Shown here: positions 12,682 through 23,834 of the stretch, piece after piece
Numbering within the stretch: position 1 is the stretch's first letter
Layout: the number at the start of each line of letters is the position of its first letter
Origin: Squalus acanthias
Lineage: Eukaryota
DNA length: 64,000 bases
Direction of reading: 5' to 3'
Assembly: GCA_030390025.1 (NCBI GenBank)
Contig: CM059431.1
Span: 133,674,001 to 133,738,000, forward strand
Translations under genes and position numbers: made by a program
Notes under the pieces: model-generated
Told to the model about the DNA's origin: nothing
The model's database searches: none
Seen by the model: the letters and a program-made list of their open reading frames with translations, nothing else

Positions 12682-14285
12682 CTTTATCAAATGCCTTTTG
12701 AAGTCCATATATACAACATCTACTGCACTTCCTTCATCAACCCTCACTGTTATGTTATCAAAGAATTCAATCAGGTTAGGCAGGCATGATATGCTTTAAA
12801 AAACATGCTGGCTATCCCTTATCAACCCAAGTGAGAATAAATTTTGTCCTTGACAATGGTCTCTTCTGAATAGGAGTGTAACATTTACAATCCTCCAGTC
12901 CTCTGGCACCACTCCCATATCTAAGGAGGATTGAAAGATTGTAGTTAGAGCTTCTGCTATCTCCACCCTTGCTTCCCTCAGCAAACTAGGATGCAACCCA
13001 ACTGGACCAGGTGTCTTGTTAACTTTGAGTGATGCCAACATATTTAGCAACTCATTTATATATCTTTTTATCCTATCCAATATCTCTACCTCTACTGTGA
13101 CATTAACTTCATCCTCTTTTTTTGTGAAGACAGATGTAAAGTACATAAGAATTAGAAGGAGGAGTGGGCCATACGACCCCTTGAGCCTGCTCCACCATTC
13201 AATAAGATCATGGCTGATCTTCGACCTCAACTCCCCTTTCCTGCCCAATCTCCATATCCCTTGATTCCCCTAGAATCCAAAAATCTATCTATCTCAGCCT
13301 TGAATATACTCAACGACTGAGCATCCACAGCACTTTGGGGTAGAGAATTCCAAAGATTCACAAACCTCTGAGTGAAGAAATTCCTCCTCATCTCAGTCTT
13401 AAATGGCTGACCCCTTATCCTGAGACTCTGACCCCTAGTTCTAGACTCTCCAGCCAGGGGAAACAACCTCTCGGCATCTACCCTGTCAATCCCCTTCAGA
13501 TCAGCTCTCATTCTTTTAAACTCCAGAGAGTATAGGCCCAACCTGCTCAACCTCTGCTCACAGGACAACCCTTTCATCCCAGGGATCAATCTAGTGAACC
13601 TTCATTGCACCGCCTCTGAGGAAAGTATATCCTTCCTCAGATAAGGAGACCAAAACTGTGCACAGTACTCCAGGTGTGGTCTCCCCAAAGCCCTGTACAA
13701 TTGTAGCAAGACTTCCTTACTCTTGTACTCCAACTCCCTTGCAATAAAGGCCAATATGCCATTTGCCTTCCTAATTGCTTGCTGTACCTGCATGCTAACT
13801 CTCTGTGTTTCCCGTGCGAGGACACCTAAATCTCTGTGAACATCAACATTTAATAGTTTCTCACCATTTAAAAAAATATTCTGTTTTCTTATTCTTCCAA
13901 CCAAAGTGAATAACCTCACATTTCCACACATTATACTCCATCTGCCACCTCAGTGCCCACTCACTTAGTCTATCTATATCCCTTTGCAGGCTCTTTATGT
14001 TCTCCTCACAGCTTACTTTTCCACCTAGCTTTGTACCATCAGCAAACTTGGATACATTATACACGATCTCTTCATCTAAGTCATTAATATAAATTGTAAA
14101 TACCTGAGGCCCAAGCACTGATCCTAGCAGCACCCCACTAGTTACAGCCTGTCAACCTGAAAATGATCTGTTTTCTGTCCCTTAACCAATCCTCCATCCA
14201 TGCTGTACCCCCAATTTCTTCACTCAGACGTTTGTGAATCTTTGGAATTCTCTACCCCATATTACCCCCAACCCCATGAGCCCAT

Positions 14286-15058
14286 GGGGTAAAAATTGAG
14301 TCGCGCCCCATTTGGGGCGCTAACCTCGCCGGGGCGCGACTTTTAGCGCCCCGAAAAAATTAGCGGCCCCGCGCCGGAACTTCAGTGGTTGCGCCCCAAG
14401 AGGGAAGCGGGGCGCCACTGGAAGCACCCCGCATCCCTCTTGGGGCGCTGCGAGGGAATATCCTGGCGCTACGTGCCGCAGCGCCAGGTGCTGCGGCACG
14501 TCGCGCCGCGGTATTGCAGGCCTTCCTCCCCTTCTTAAAGGGGAGGGACCCTGCGCAGCGCGAACTGGGGCCCAGCTGGGCCCCCAGGGATCGGGAGTGC
14601 CGGCAAAAGAGCCCGGCACTCAAGAGAAGTGCCGGGCTCTTGGAGCGCAGCTGCCACTTCACGGTGGGGGGGCTTCACGGGGGCCGGGGACAGCAACGGG
14701 GGCAGGTGCTGGCAGGCGGCCAGCAACAAAAATGGCCGCCTGCCACCTCCCCTTTAAATATCGCCGCCCCGGCCGCACGTACGCCTCCCTGAACCCGTCG
14801 GACATAGCGTCTGGCGGTAAATCAGGGGGTGCGACTGAAGATCGCGGCTGGAGCGCGAGCGGGGTGCTGCGCACGGCGATGATGTCATCGCCGGCGGCGC
14901 AGCGCCACAGGGCGCTACCGGCTGGCGCCGCCGCTAACCTCCCGCTGAATTTTACGGGAGGCGTGGGCGGCGCTGCGCCCGGGCGTTAGCTGCTTTACGC
15001 CCCATTAGCGCCCTCTTAAGGCGCTAACGGGAGGCGCAAGCAGCTGAATTTTTCCCCC
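14286..15058. mobile_element. GC/CpG-rich Harbinger-type MITE
   Basis: TIRs GGGGTAAAAATTGAG / CTGAATTTTTCCCCC; 3-bp flanks CAT/CTT; CR1 sequence rejoins across it. Confidence 0.85.
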
Positions 15059-15239
15059 CTTATCTTGCATAACAACCTTTTATGTGGCACCTTATCGAAT
15101 GCCTTTTGGAAATCCAAATATACTACATCCACTGATTCTCCTTTATCTACCCTACTAGTTACATCCTCAAAAACTCTAATAAATTTGTTAAACACGATTT
15201 CCCTTTCATAAAACCATGTTGATTCTGCCTAAACATATT

Positions 15240-16120
15240 GGGGGAAAAATTCAGTTGGTTGCGCCTCCCGTTAGCGCCTTAAGAGGGTGCTAATGGGGCG
15301 CCAAGCAACTAGTGCCCGGGCGCGGCAATGTTTGCGCCGCTCGCGAAATTAACTAGACATTTTGCGGCGGCGCTAAACAGTACCACCACGATCTCCTGCA
15401 GATCGTGACGTCAGTCGAGTGCGCAACGCCCCTGGAGCGGATATTGAGTGGCGCCCCCTGCCTTACCGCCTGCCGCTAGCAACGACAGGTTGAGGGGAGC
15501 GTTTTGCAGTCAGGAAGGGACTGGAGGAGCGCTATTGAAAGGCGACCGCTTCCTGCCTTTTTTTGTTGGCGACATTTTTGAACCACGCATTCTGAGAGAG
15601 ACAGAGAGAGAGAGACTTCTGGAGAGATTCAACGCTGTGTGAAGGAGTTTTGGGTACTGAGCAGCACTTTGCAGGTTCATTTTGATTTGCCCTTCCTTGT
15701 ATCGATTTGGAAGAGACTGTGGGGGCTGCACTCTGAGCTCTTTCCCTGGGCCTCTCCATTGTTCTTTCCAGCAGATTTGATGTACAGGTCTCTCCAGGCC
15801 GAGATTCAAGGCTGCAATGAGCAGGATGTGGATGGAAAGCAAGATCAACCCTCCCCTTTAAGAACTGGCCAGGGCCATTGTATCTGTGTTCCATTGCTGA
15901 CTGACATCACATGAGCTTCGCCAGCGCTCTGAGTTAGCGCCTCGCTCCACGGCCTTTGCGCCTTAAGACAGATGTGTAGCGCCTGATTTAGCGCTCCAAT
16001 CACCTCCAAGGGCGATAAAAGTGAAGTTTGCAGTCGGAGGCGATAATTAGCGCCAGGCGCTAATCTTTGTGCCCGGCCGATAATTGCGCCCCAAACGGGG
16101 CGATACTGAATTTTTCCCCC
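15240..16120. mobile_element. Harbinger-type MITE, 881 bp (copy 1)
   Basis: Perfect 15-bp TIR GGGGGAAAAATTCAG / CTGAATTTTTCCCCC; 3-bp TSD ATT/ATT; highly similar copy at 41224-42115. Confidence 0.92.
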
Positions 16121-17881
16121 ATTATGATTTTCTAAATGCCCTGTTACCTCTTCCTTAATAATTGATTCCAGCATTTACCCGACAACTAATGTCAGGCTCT
16201 CTGGCCTGTTTTCTCTCTCCCTCCCTTGAATAGCGGGGTTACATTTGCTACCTTCCAATCTGCGGGGACCATTCTAGAGTCTAGAGATTTTTGGAAGATC
16301 ACAACCAATGCCATTATCTCTGCAGCCACCTCTTTTAGAACCCTAGGATGTAGGCCATCAGCTCCAGGGGATTTGTCGTCTTTTAGTCCCATTAGTTTCT
16401 CAAGTACTTTTTCTCTACTGATCTAAATTACTTTAAGTTCCTCACTCTCATTAGCCCCTTGGTTCCCCACTATTATTGGTATGCTCTTTGTGTCTTCTAC
16501 TGTGAAAACCGATACAGAAGTATTAATTCAGTACCTCAGTCATGCTCACTGCCTCCACAAAAAAATGTCCTTCTTTGTCCCTAATCGGCCCCACCATTCC
16601 CTTAACTATCCTTTTACTTCTTATATATTTATACAGGATTTTGGGGTTTTCTTTTATGTTACTCGCTAAACTTTTCTCATATTCTCTCTTTGCCCTTCTT
16701 ATATCCTTTTTCAGTTGCCTCCTGCACTCTATGTATTCTGCCTGGTTTTCTACTGTCTTCAGTACCTGACATTTATCATAAACTCCTTTTTCTGTTTTAT
16801 TTTAATCCCTATTTCCTTTGTCACCATGGAGCTCCTGCTTTGGATGCCCTATCTTTCCAACTTGTGGTAATATGCTTGGTTTGTACCTGAACTTTCTCCA
16901 CCTTGAAGACCTGCCATTGCTCATTTACTGTTTTCCTGGCCAATCTTTGTTTCCAGTCGACCTGTGCTAGATCCCTTCTCAAATCACTGAAATTGGCTCT
17001 CTTCCAGTTGGGTATTTTCACCTTTTATTTTTCTTTATCCCTTTCTGTAACTACTTTAAACCTAATTATATTATGTTCACTATTACCCAGATGTTCTCCC
17101 ACTGAAAGAATAGATTCAGCACTGCTTCCTTCGTCGTTGGGCTAGAAACATACTGATTAAGAAAGTTCTCCTGTACACATTTTAGGAATTCTTCAACCTC
17201 CTTGGCATTTACACTGTTTTCCCCCCAGTCTATATTAGGGTAATTGAAGTCCCCTACTGTTACTGCTCTATTATTTTTACATTTCTCCGAAATTTGCCTA
17301 CAGATTTGTTCTTCTATCTCCTTCTCACTATTTGGGAGTCTATAGTAAACACCCAGCAATGTAACAGCTTCTTTTCTGTTCCTTAACTCCAACCAAATAG
17401 ATTGAGTCTTTGAACCCTTTAGTATATCGCCCCTCTGTACAGCTGTAATATTATCCTTAATTAATACTGCCACCCCCTTTTTTTTCCTTCCCTATTCCTC
17501 CTGAATATATTGTAGCCAGGAATGTTTAGTTCCCATTACTGCCCATGCCAGGTTTCCGTTATAGCCACGTGGCAATTTGTACCTGCAGCCCTTCAACCTT
17601 ATTTGTGAAACTCCTCACATTAACACACATGTATTCCAATACCATGCTAATCTGCTTTGCTTTTTTCCTCCATCTAATTCCTATTCTTTCTACACTATTC
17701 TTTATTCTTTTGCTGTTTGTCCCTCCTAGTTTTCTATGCAACTTGTCTCTCCTCTTTGCTGCTACGTCCTGGTTCCCTCCCCCTGCCAAATTAGTTTAAA
17801 CCTTCCCGCAATGACATCGGTTCCAGCCCTGTTCAGTTGCAACTCATCGGCTTGTACAGGTCCCTCCTGCCCCAGAACTGG

Positions 17882-19657
17882 TGTAGGGGGTAGTGTGTGG
17901 GGTCAGCCTTCACCTCTGACTCAGTGAGCGGTTCGAATTGCTCCCACGCCCCTGGTTCTGGACTTTGGACTTATTTAGGGGTTGTGAATAAAGATGCAGT
18001 AGACAACAGGTTCTGATGAAAGAATGTTGACTTTATTAAAAGAACAAGGTAACAAACTTAAAACACAGTTAGATGCTTACACACAGGTTGGGGAACACAC
18101 GGTACAGGCGAGGGAGAATGACAATATACAAAAACCCTTATCCCTCCCAATCCCACTGTCTAGCTAGGTTTCAATTCCAAAGGATCAGGGATAATGCTCA
18201 CCAATGACAGTTCTTGACAGTTGAGGTATTTTGCGATTTCGGGGTTCACTGAGGTTTTTGGTTGTTGGGGCCTGCCGTACCCCGGACGTGGTAGAAGACT
18301 CCAGCTGCACTCCAGGTCAGTTTGGGTTTGTCCGCAGATGCGGTAAGGTGTGTAATGGATTTTATCAGGTAAGTACCTGATTTTTCTCCCTTAGAGGTAG
18401 GGTTTAGAGTTTTTTTAACGGAAAATCTTACCCAGGTTTGTAGAGTGTAAACTTGCGTGTCTTCGGTTTTTCCCTGGTGTTGGTCTGGTTCTTGGTCGTG
18501 GTTGCCTGGTGGTTGGTTGTTGCGTGGGGCCTTGGTTTCCGTGGGACTTTTGAGTGTCGGTTCACCTCGTGGAGCCCTTGGTGGCTCTGGTTGTTGGTTT
18601 GTTGCATTGGAGACCTGTCGGGGCGGTACCTCCTGGAGCTGGACCGGGGATTGAGCGATGCTGACTCGCTCCCAGCTTCCAGTGGCCTTGGCTAGTACCT
18701 ACTAGAGCTGGACCATATGTTGAGCGATGCCGACTTGTTCCCAGCTCGTGGTCTCAGTTCTAGCCCTTGCCTGGCCTTGTCTGTCCCTGCCTCCAATCTC
18801 ACCTCGGGTCTGCCTCATGGCCTTGTTGCTTCTTTCCTCCTCCTGCTCGTGTCGTGTGGCTTGTAGTGTCTTGCTGGAACTAACTGGAACTAACTTTCTT
18901 GGGGGATTAGGCCCCTAATTATACTGTTCAGGCCCTTTGTTTTTTTCGCGCCAAAATCCCTTTACTAAATCGGTTTCATGTTGAAGTGATTTAGGTTTCA
19001 GTTGAGGCCTGTTTATTCCATTGTCTTAGGTTTTGGCGGGCTTGTTAAGTTTTGATGATTTTAACTTGGTGTTAAACTGTCCTGATGGCTTCCAATGTCT
19101 CCCATTTAGGCAGGGCCTTTATCTACGCGCCAAATCTTGTCCCTTTTGTCTTAGGTTTTTGGCGGGCTTGTTAATCTGTCCCTGTAGATACTTGGTTGAT
19201 TGGTTTTTGATGAAGTAATGGGTGTACTAGATGTTTTATTGTTTTCAGGCTTCTAGCATCCTGTTTGGGCCTGGGAATTTCAAAAGGGGTCTTGGATTAT
19301 TCATATTTGGATGTGTATGTGAGGTTTTGGGTTTGTCTCTTCCTCCTTGGTTGGATTGCAGTGCAAACAATTCCCAGACAGCTTGACTGGGCCCCAATAG
19401 CCAAAAGCTGTCCACTGCCTCGCCACACCCCTCCGCAGCCTGTCTTGTGTCTGTGAAAGGTGTTTTTCCCAACAGTAATATCCAAAAGTCATTTTCCTCA
19501 GGGTTTTTCATCCCTGATCTTTAAAATGTCCAAAACTGAGGTTTTTACCTCAAATCACTTCACTCAGGTCCCATCATCCCAAATTTGTATGAAAAATCCA
19601 AAAATCACCCCCTTTAGGGTTGTGTTCGAGTTTCTGGGGGATTTTGCGAAGCCTACA
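17882..19657 (-). mobile_element. Solo LTR, 1776 bp
   Basis: Termini TGTAGG...CCTACA; 4-bp TSD CTGG (17878-17881, 19658-19661); flanking CR1 rejoins; minus-strand AATAAA at 18032-18037. Confidence 0.85.
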
Positions 19658-21724
19658 CTGGTCCCATTGGCCCAGGAATCTGAAGCCCTCCCTCCTGCCA
19701 ACTTCTCCAGCCATGCATTGACCTGCACTGTATTCACTAACACGTGGCACTGGGAGTAATCCAAAATTACCACCTTTGCGGTCCTATTCTTTAATCTTTT
19801 TCTTAGCTCCTGAAACTGTGCCTGCAGGACTTCAACCCTTTTACTATCTATGTCATTGGTTCCAACATGGACCACGACTTCTGTCTGTTTCCCTTCCCCT
19901 GTTCAGTGATCTCCTTAGCGTATCATTAGGGTAAACTACATACCTTCACACATCTATTTATTTATCCAGTTGGTACTTTTCCTACGTGGTTAGTTGTGAT
20001 TTGTCTCTATAAATGAATCACCTACACCTGTGAATAAATAATAAAAAAACTGTAATGTACAATACAGTTTCAGGGCCACTGATTTACAATCATTGAATAA
20101 GACAAGTTGGATTTTTATTATACAGTTTTGTGATATTTTTGAGCTTGAATTCTGTGATTATGTGTATATTTGCTTGGAAACCTTAAATAATGCCAAGTAA
20201 ATGTTCATTTAACTATGTAATTAATTTTATCTTTACATTTTTTAAAGCCCAGGATACAGTGGAGGGAAGATTTTCTGGGTTGCAGGTTGATATGAAATAG
20301 TAGGACCTGCATTTAGCAGTACTTCTGAGTGAGAAGAACATATGGGTTGGTAGCGTTGGGAGGGTAGTTCTGACATTTGGTATCATAGGAATGTGGGGGA
20401 AGGGTGCGAGGCTATGGGTGAACTGGGAGGAGATGGCAAGATGTGGGAACATTCGGAAGGTGTACAAGAGTTTGGAGTGGGAAGGGGATATGAGTGGGAA
20501 AGATGGGAGGAGGGGTTGCAGGATGCTGCTGAAAAAGGTGCGATAATAGAGACTTTCTCAGAGGTGTCAACAGCGGAGAGTAGAGGGAGAAGCATGGGTG
20601 CTCAACATGGTGGGAACTGGAATGGCGAAAAGCAGCAGGAGAGACAGGCTGGGGTGAGTGCAGGTGCTGACGGCAATGGTGCGGTGAGATGTGGGGGTTA
20701 GGTAAGGATTATTGAGGTGTGTGGGTTTGGAGCAAAGAGTGAGCAGGTTAAAGCAAAATGAATTATCTTACTCAAGTGTAGAAAATTATTTTCCCTGCGG
20801 TAACCTGGGGAAATCTGTATAATTTACAATAATGCTGATTTTAATTTTAAATAATATAGGTTTCTCCAGGTCAGTAATGGGTAAACTCCTTTAAGAAGTC
20901 CACCCCCATTGTTTTCCACCCCCTTTCCCCTCCCCACTGCAACTGATCCCTGAACCCTTATCCAATGTGACCTGAAGAAAGTTAAATGGGTTCCCAGCAT
21001 TGACCAGACACATGCTTTTGTCATTGTAGTGGGGCATTGGGACTGAAGGCTGGAGATTGGGGTCTGGTCATCTGGTCATAGGTAGGTAGGAGCCTGGAGT
21101 AGCAGAGAAGGCAGCAGTTGCAAGAGCAAGGGAAGGGCCTGGCAGCATCTGTCCAGAGGCCAAATTTTCGCAGCTCCAAGGTGATTGTGTTGTGGATGGC
21201 AGTGCCACGTGCCACCTATCTTGGAGATAGAGTTGGGAAGTCTCAGGGATAAGTATGCAGCAGCACCACCTACCTTTGAGCCCAAGTGAAAGAACTCAAT
21301 CAGACAATCAACATAAAAATCACACATATATCTAAAATACACAGCCAGTTCTGTATAAATTGATTTTTCTTACTCATAGAATGGCCTGTTAGTGTTGTCA
21401 ATCTGTGGAAAACCTTTTCTCAGAGAAGGCTACTTCTGGATTGCCATTTGGAGCACTCTGCTGGAGGTTGAATTATTGGGTTGGACACTGGTGGACATAT
21501 TTTTTCTGTAAAGGCTTGGGTTTCTTGTGAATGGCTGCTGTCCATGTCAATCATAGCAAACCCATTACCTCCTTATTTTGGCTGCAGAGTGCAGTTAACA
21601 ATTCTTCCTTTCTGATTTAAATGAGCATCCACAAAGCTTGCTGTTTGTAAGCCATGCCCCCAGCAGTGCAGTGATGCAATAGTCTGAAAGCCTCAGAGGT
21701 AACAGACTGATCACAATTGCAGTG

Positions 21725-21990
21725 CTGCACACAGTTCTGGTCATTGTACTTCAGCAAACATGCCGAACAGAGTAACAAAAGTTATACCTATATTAAAGCA
21801 TCTGAACAATGAGAAGAGGTTGAAGAGCCTGGGATGGTTACATTGGAGAAGAGAAGGCTTATGGAAAATATTCTTCAGATATTCAAGATCCTTAATAGAA
21901 TAGATATTATTGAGCTCCAATTATATGTTTGAAATAGCCACAAACTCTAGGGCTAGAAGAGGGAAGGTGTACAAAGAATTCAGATTAACT
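21725..21990 (+). mobile_element. Old CR1 3' fragment
   Basis: CAGTTCTGGTCA and TTGGAGAAGAGAAGGCTT...TTCAAGATC match CR1 C-terminal motifs. Confidence 0.55.
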
Positions 21991-22208
21991 ACTTTACATG
22001 AAGGATGGTTGAAAAAACAAATGAAATGAGGAAAGACACTCAATGTATGTCTCTCTGTTTCTCTGCATTTCTATGTCTGATAGCTGTTAGCAATTAGAAC
22101 GTTTATATTTTCTAATTCTCAACACCACACACAATCATTAGGGTTGGTTGCTTCACAATTCATTTTTTGGGGAAAAATTAACTCAATTACAATGAGGAAT
22201 TATATTTA

Positions 22209-22985
22209 GGGGGAAATGTAACCCCCAAGAACGGGCTGGAGAGGGGCGGGGGTGGGTTAAAATTTCAAAAATCTGAAACCCAACCCCAACTTCTGTTTTT
22301 GTGGAGGCTGCTTGGCAGGGGGGGGGGGGGGGGTGGGGTGGGGGTGGGGGTGGGGTTGGGGTGGGGGTGGGGTGGGGTGGGGGTGGGGGCGGCGGCAGAG
22401 GCAGAGGCAGGTCCGTAAGTTAAATATTTTAATGAGGCTGTATGCCTCAAGTTTTAAATTTAAGTGCTGTGGGCCAGATTTCCCAGGGCTCGGGAAACCC
22501 GGCAGCTGAAGGGAGGTGAGAAAGGTCGGATCCAACCTTTTCAGCACTGCTTGTGGGCCAAGAGGAGCAGGAGTGCTTCCCCCCAGCTCTCTAAGCTAAC
22601 TTGCTTCCCTCCCCGCAATTGGACCCCCTTGCGATCGGACCTCCGATCCACAATCAGACCCCCGACCTTGCATCCATGATCTCATCCCCGGCCTTGCATC
22701 CACAATCTCCCCCCGGGTTTTTGATCTCACCCCTGGCCTTTCCGATCTACCCCGATCTCCTCCTTTGCCTCCACGATCTCTCCCGCCGTCCCTCCCTCCT
22801 TCCTCTCCGCTCCCAGGCGCCTTCCCGCACTGGGAAATGGAGATTTTTTTTAAAAATGAGGTCCTGCTGTTAAATTCGACAGGACGTCCAGGTTTCCAGC
22901 ATTTCCGGGTTTCCTGGTCACTATGACCAGCCCCCCTCCCCCAAGCACCCCACTCTCTCCCCGCCTCCCTATAAATATCAGGGCC
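22209..22985. mobile_element. Non-autonomous DNA element containing a (GGGGT)n tract and a CCCGATC-like minisatellite
   Basis: Left arm GGGTTAAAATT resembles the arms at 23600 and 63430; ends AAATATCAGGGCC; core CTTGTGGGCCA.GAGGAGCAGGAGT recurs at ~46304. Confidence 0.55.
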
Positions 22986-23834
22986 TTTGTCTCTCTTTGA
23001 GCTTAATGCAAATCCTGACCTTGAGAGAATGAAAAAAAAAGCTAGACCAGGCATGTAAACAGTAGTCCCTTTATAACTTACACAGTCTCTCTGTCTAAAA
23101 AAACACAAGCCACACCCAATATTTATTTTACCTGAATAAATATTTTGAAATGTATCCTCTAACTTTTCTTCAAAAAAAATTTGAAAAACTTTTGTGCAGA
23201 AGTTGCTAAAAGTTAAAGAAAAATCTTCTACCAGTACAGCTGACTGAATGGTACTGAAGCATCCTGGAAAGTTAGATACACAGCACATGCTCAAACGGCA
23301 GAATCCAAATTCAGCTCAAAGAGTCACATATCAGCAGGTTGCCTAAGGGTAACATTTTTACTGACTCGTTCAAGGAACTTGTTTTGACAACCAGGCATGT
23401 ACTGATTTTCCCCCCACTGATATTATTTTTATATTAATATTTATTAACCGGTAATTAAATATGGTTAGGGATCGCAAGCAGTTCGTGAGACAAACCTATG
23501 ACAACCTTTCTTCATTCCGTTTTATATATTTATACTGTTCAGCATAAATTCATCAATCAAATTAAAGCCAACCTGGACACTGGGGAGCGTGTGGGTTTAG
23601 GTGTGGGTGAGGGGTTAAATTTGTCGAAAATGTCAGCGCATCCAGAAGCTGGCTCCAACACATCGACTTCTGGGCGTAACTCGGGCGAGTTCGGCTGTGT
23701 GTGCGTAACCCCCTCCAGAGAGGCGGGTTAGCAATTTGAATATTTAAATCAGTGTATTGTAACAATATGTTAACCTGCATTTAAATTTAACGCCGCTTGC
23801 ATGGGTTTCATGGGCTTCCTAAAACTTCCTAAAA

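Larger units (their letters stand above)
13143..16520 (-). mobile_element. 5'-truncated CR1 (CR1-B) inserted in CR1-A
   Basis: Own 3' tail at 13143; RT fragments (KFADGTKLGG, RPHLEYCAQFWSP, KSPGADGLHPRVLKE); interrupted by two MITEs. Confidence 0.85.
9685..19900 (-). mobile_element. Near full-length decayed CR1 LINE (CR1-A), fragmented by nested insertions
   Basis: 3' tail ATAGAAT repeats at 9685; RT pieces 11140-12156 and 12682-13142; endonuclease (VYYRLPN, VGDFNYPNIDW) ~17066-17600; ORF1 SGNH-esterase motif VHVGTNDI at 19564-19875. Confidence 0.85.

Noticed and set aside
14320..14989. Overlapping GC-rich ORFs or a host CpG-island promoter
   Set aside because: Entirely within a TIR-bounded MITE; ORFs arise from stop-codon scarcity in GC-rich DNA.
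18010..18045. CTGATGA in the LTR as another hammerhead core
   Set aside because: No GAAA follows a stem II and there is no stem I partner.
19564..19875. Stand-alone SGNH/GDSL esterase gene
   Set aside because: It is CR1 ORF1, collinear with and upstream of the CR1-A endonuclease.
22596..23294. 232-aa minus-strand ORF
   Set aside because: Spans a repeat boundary and low-complexity sequence; no recognisable domain.
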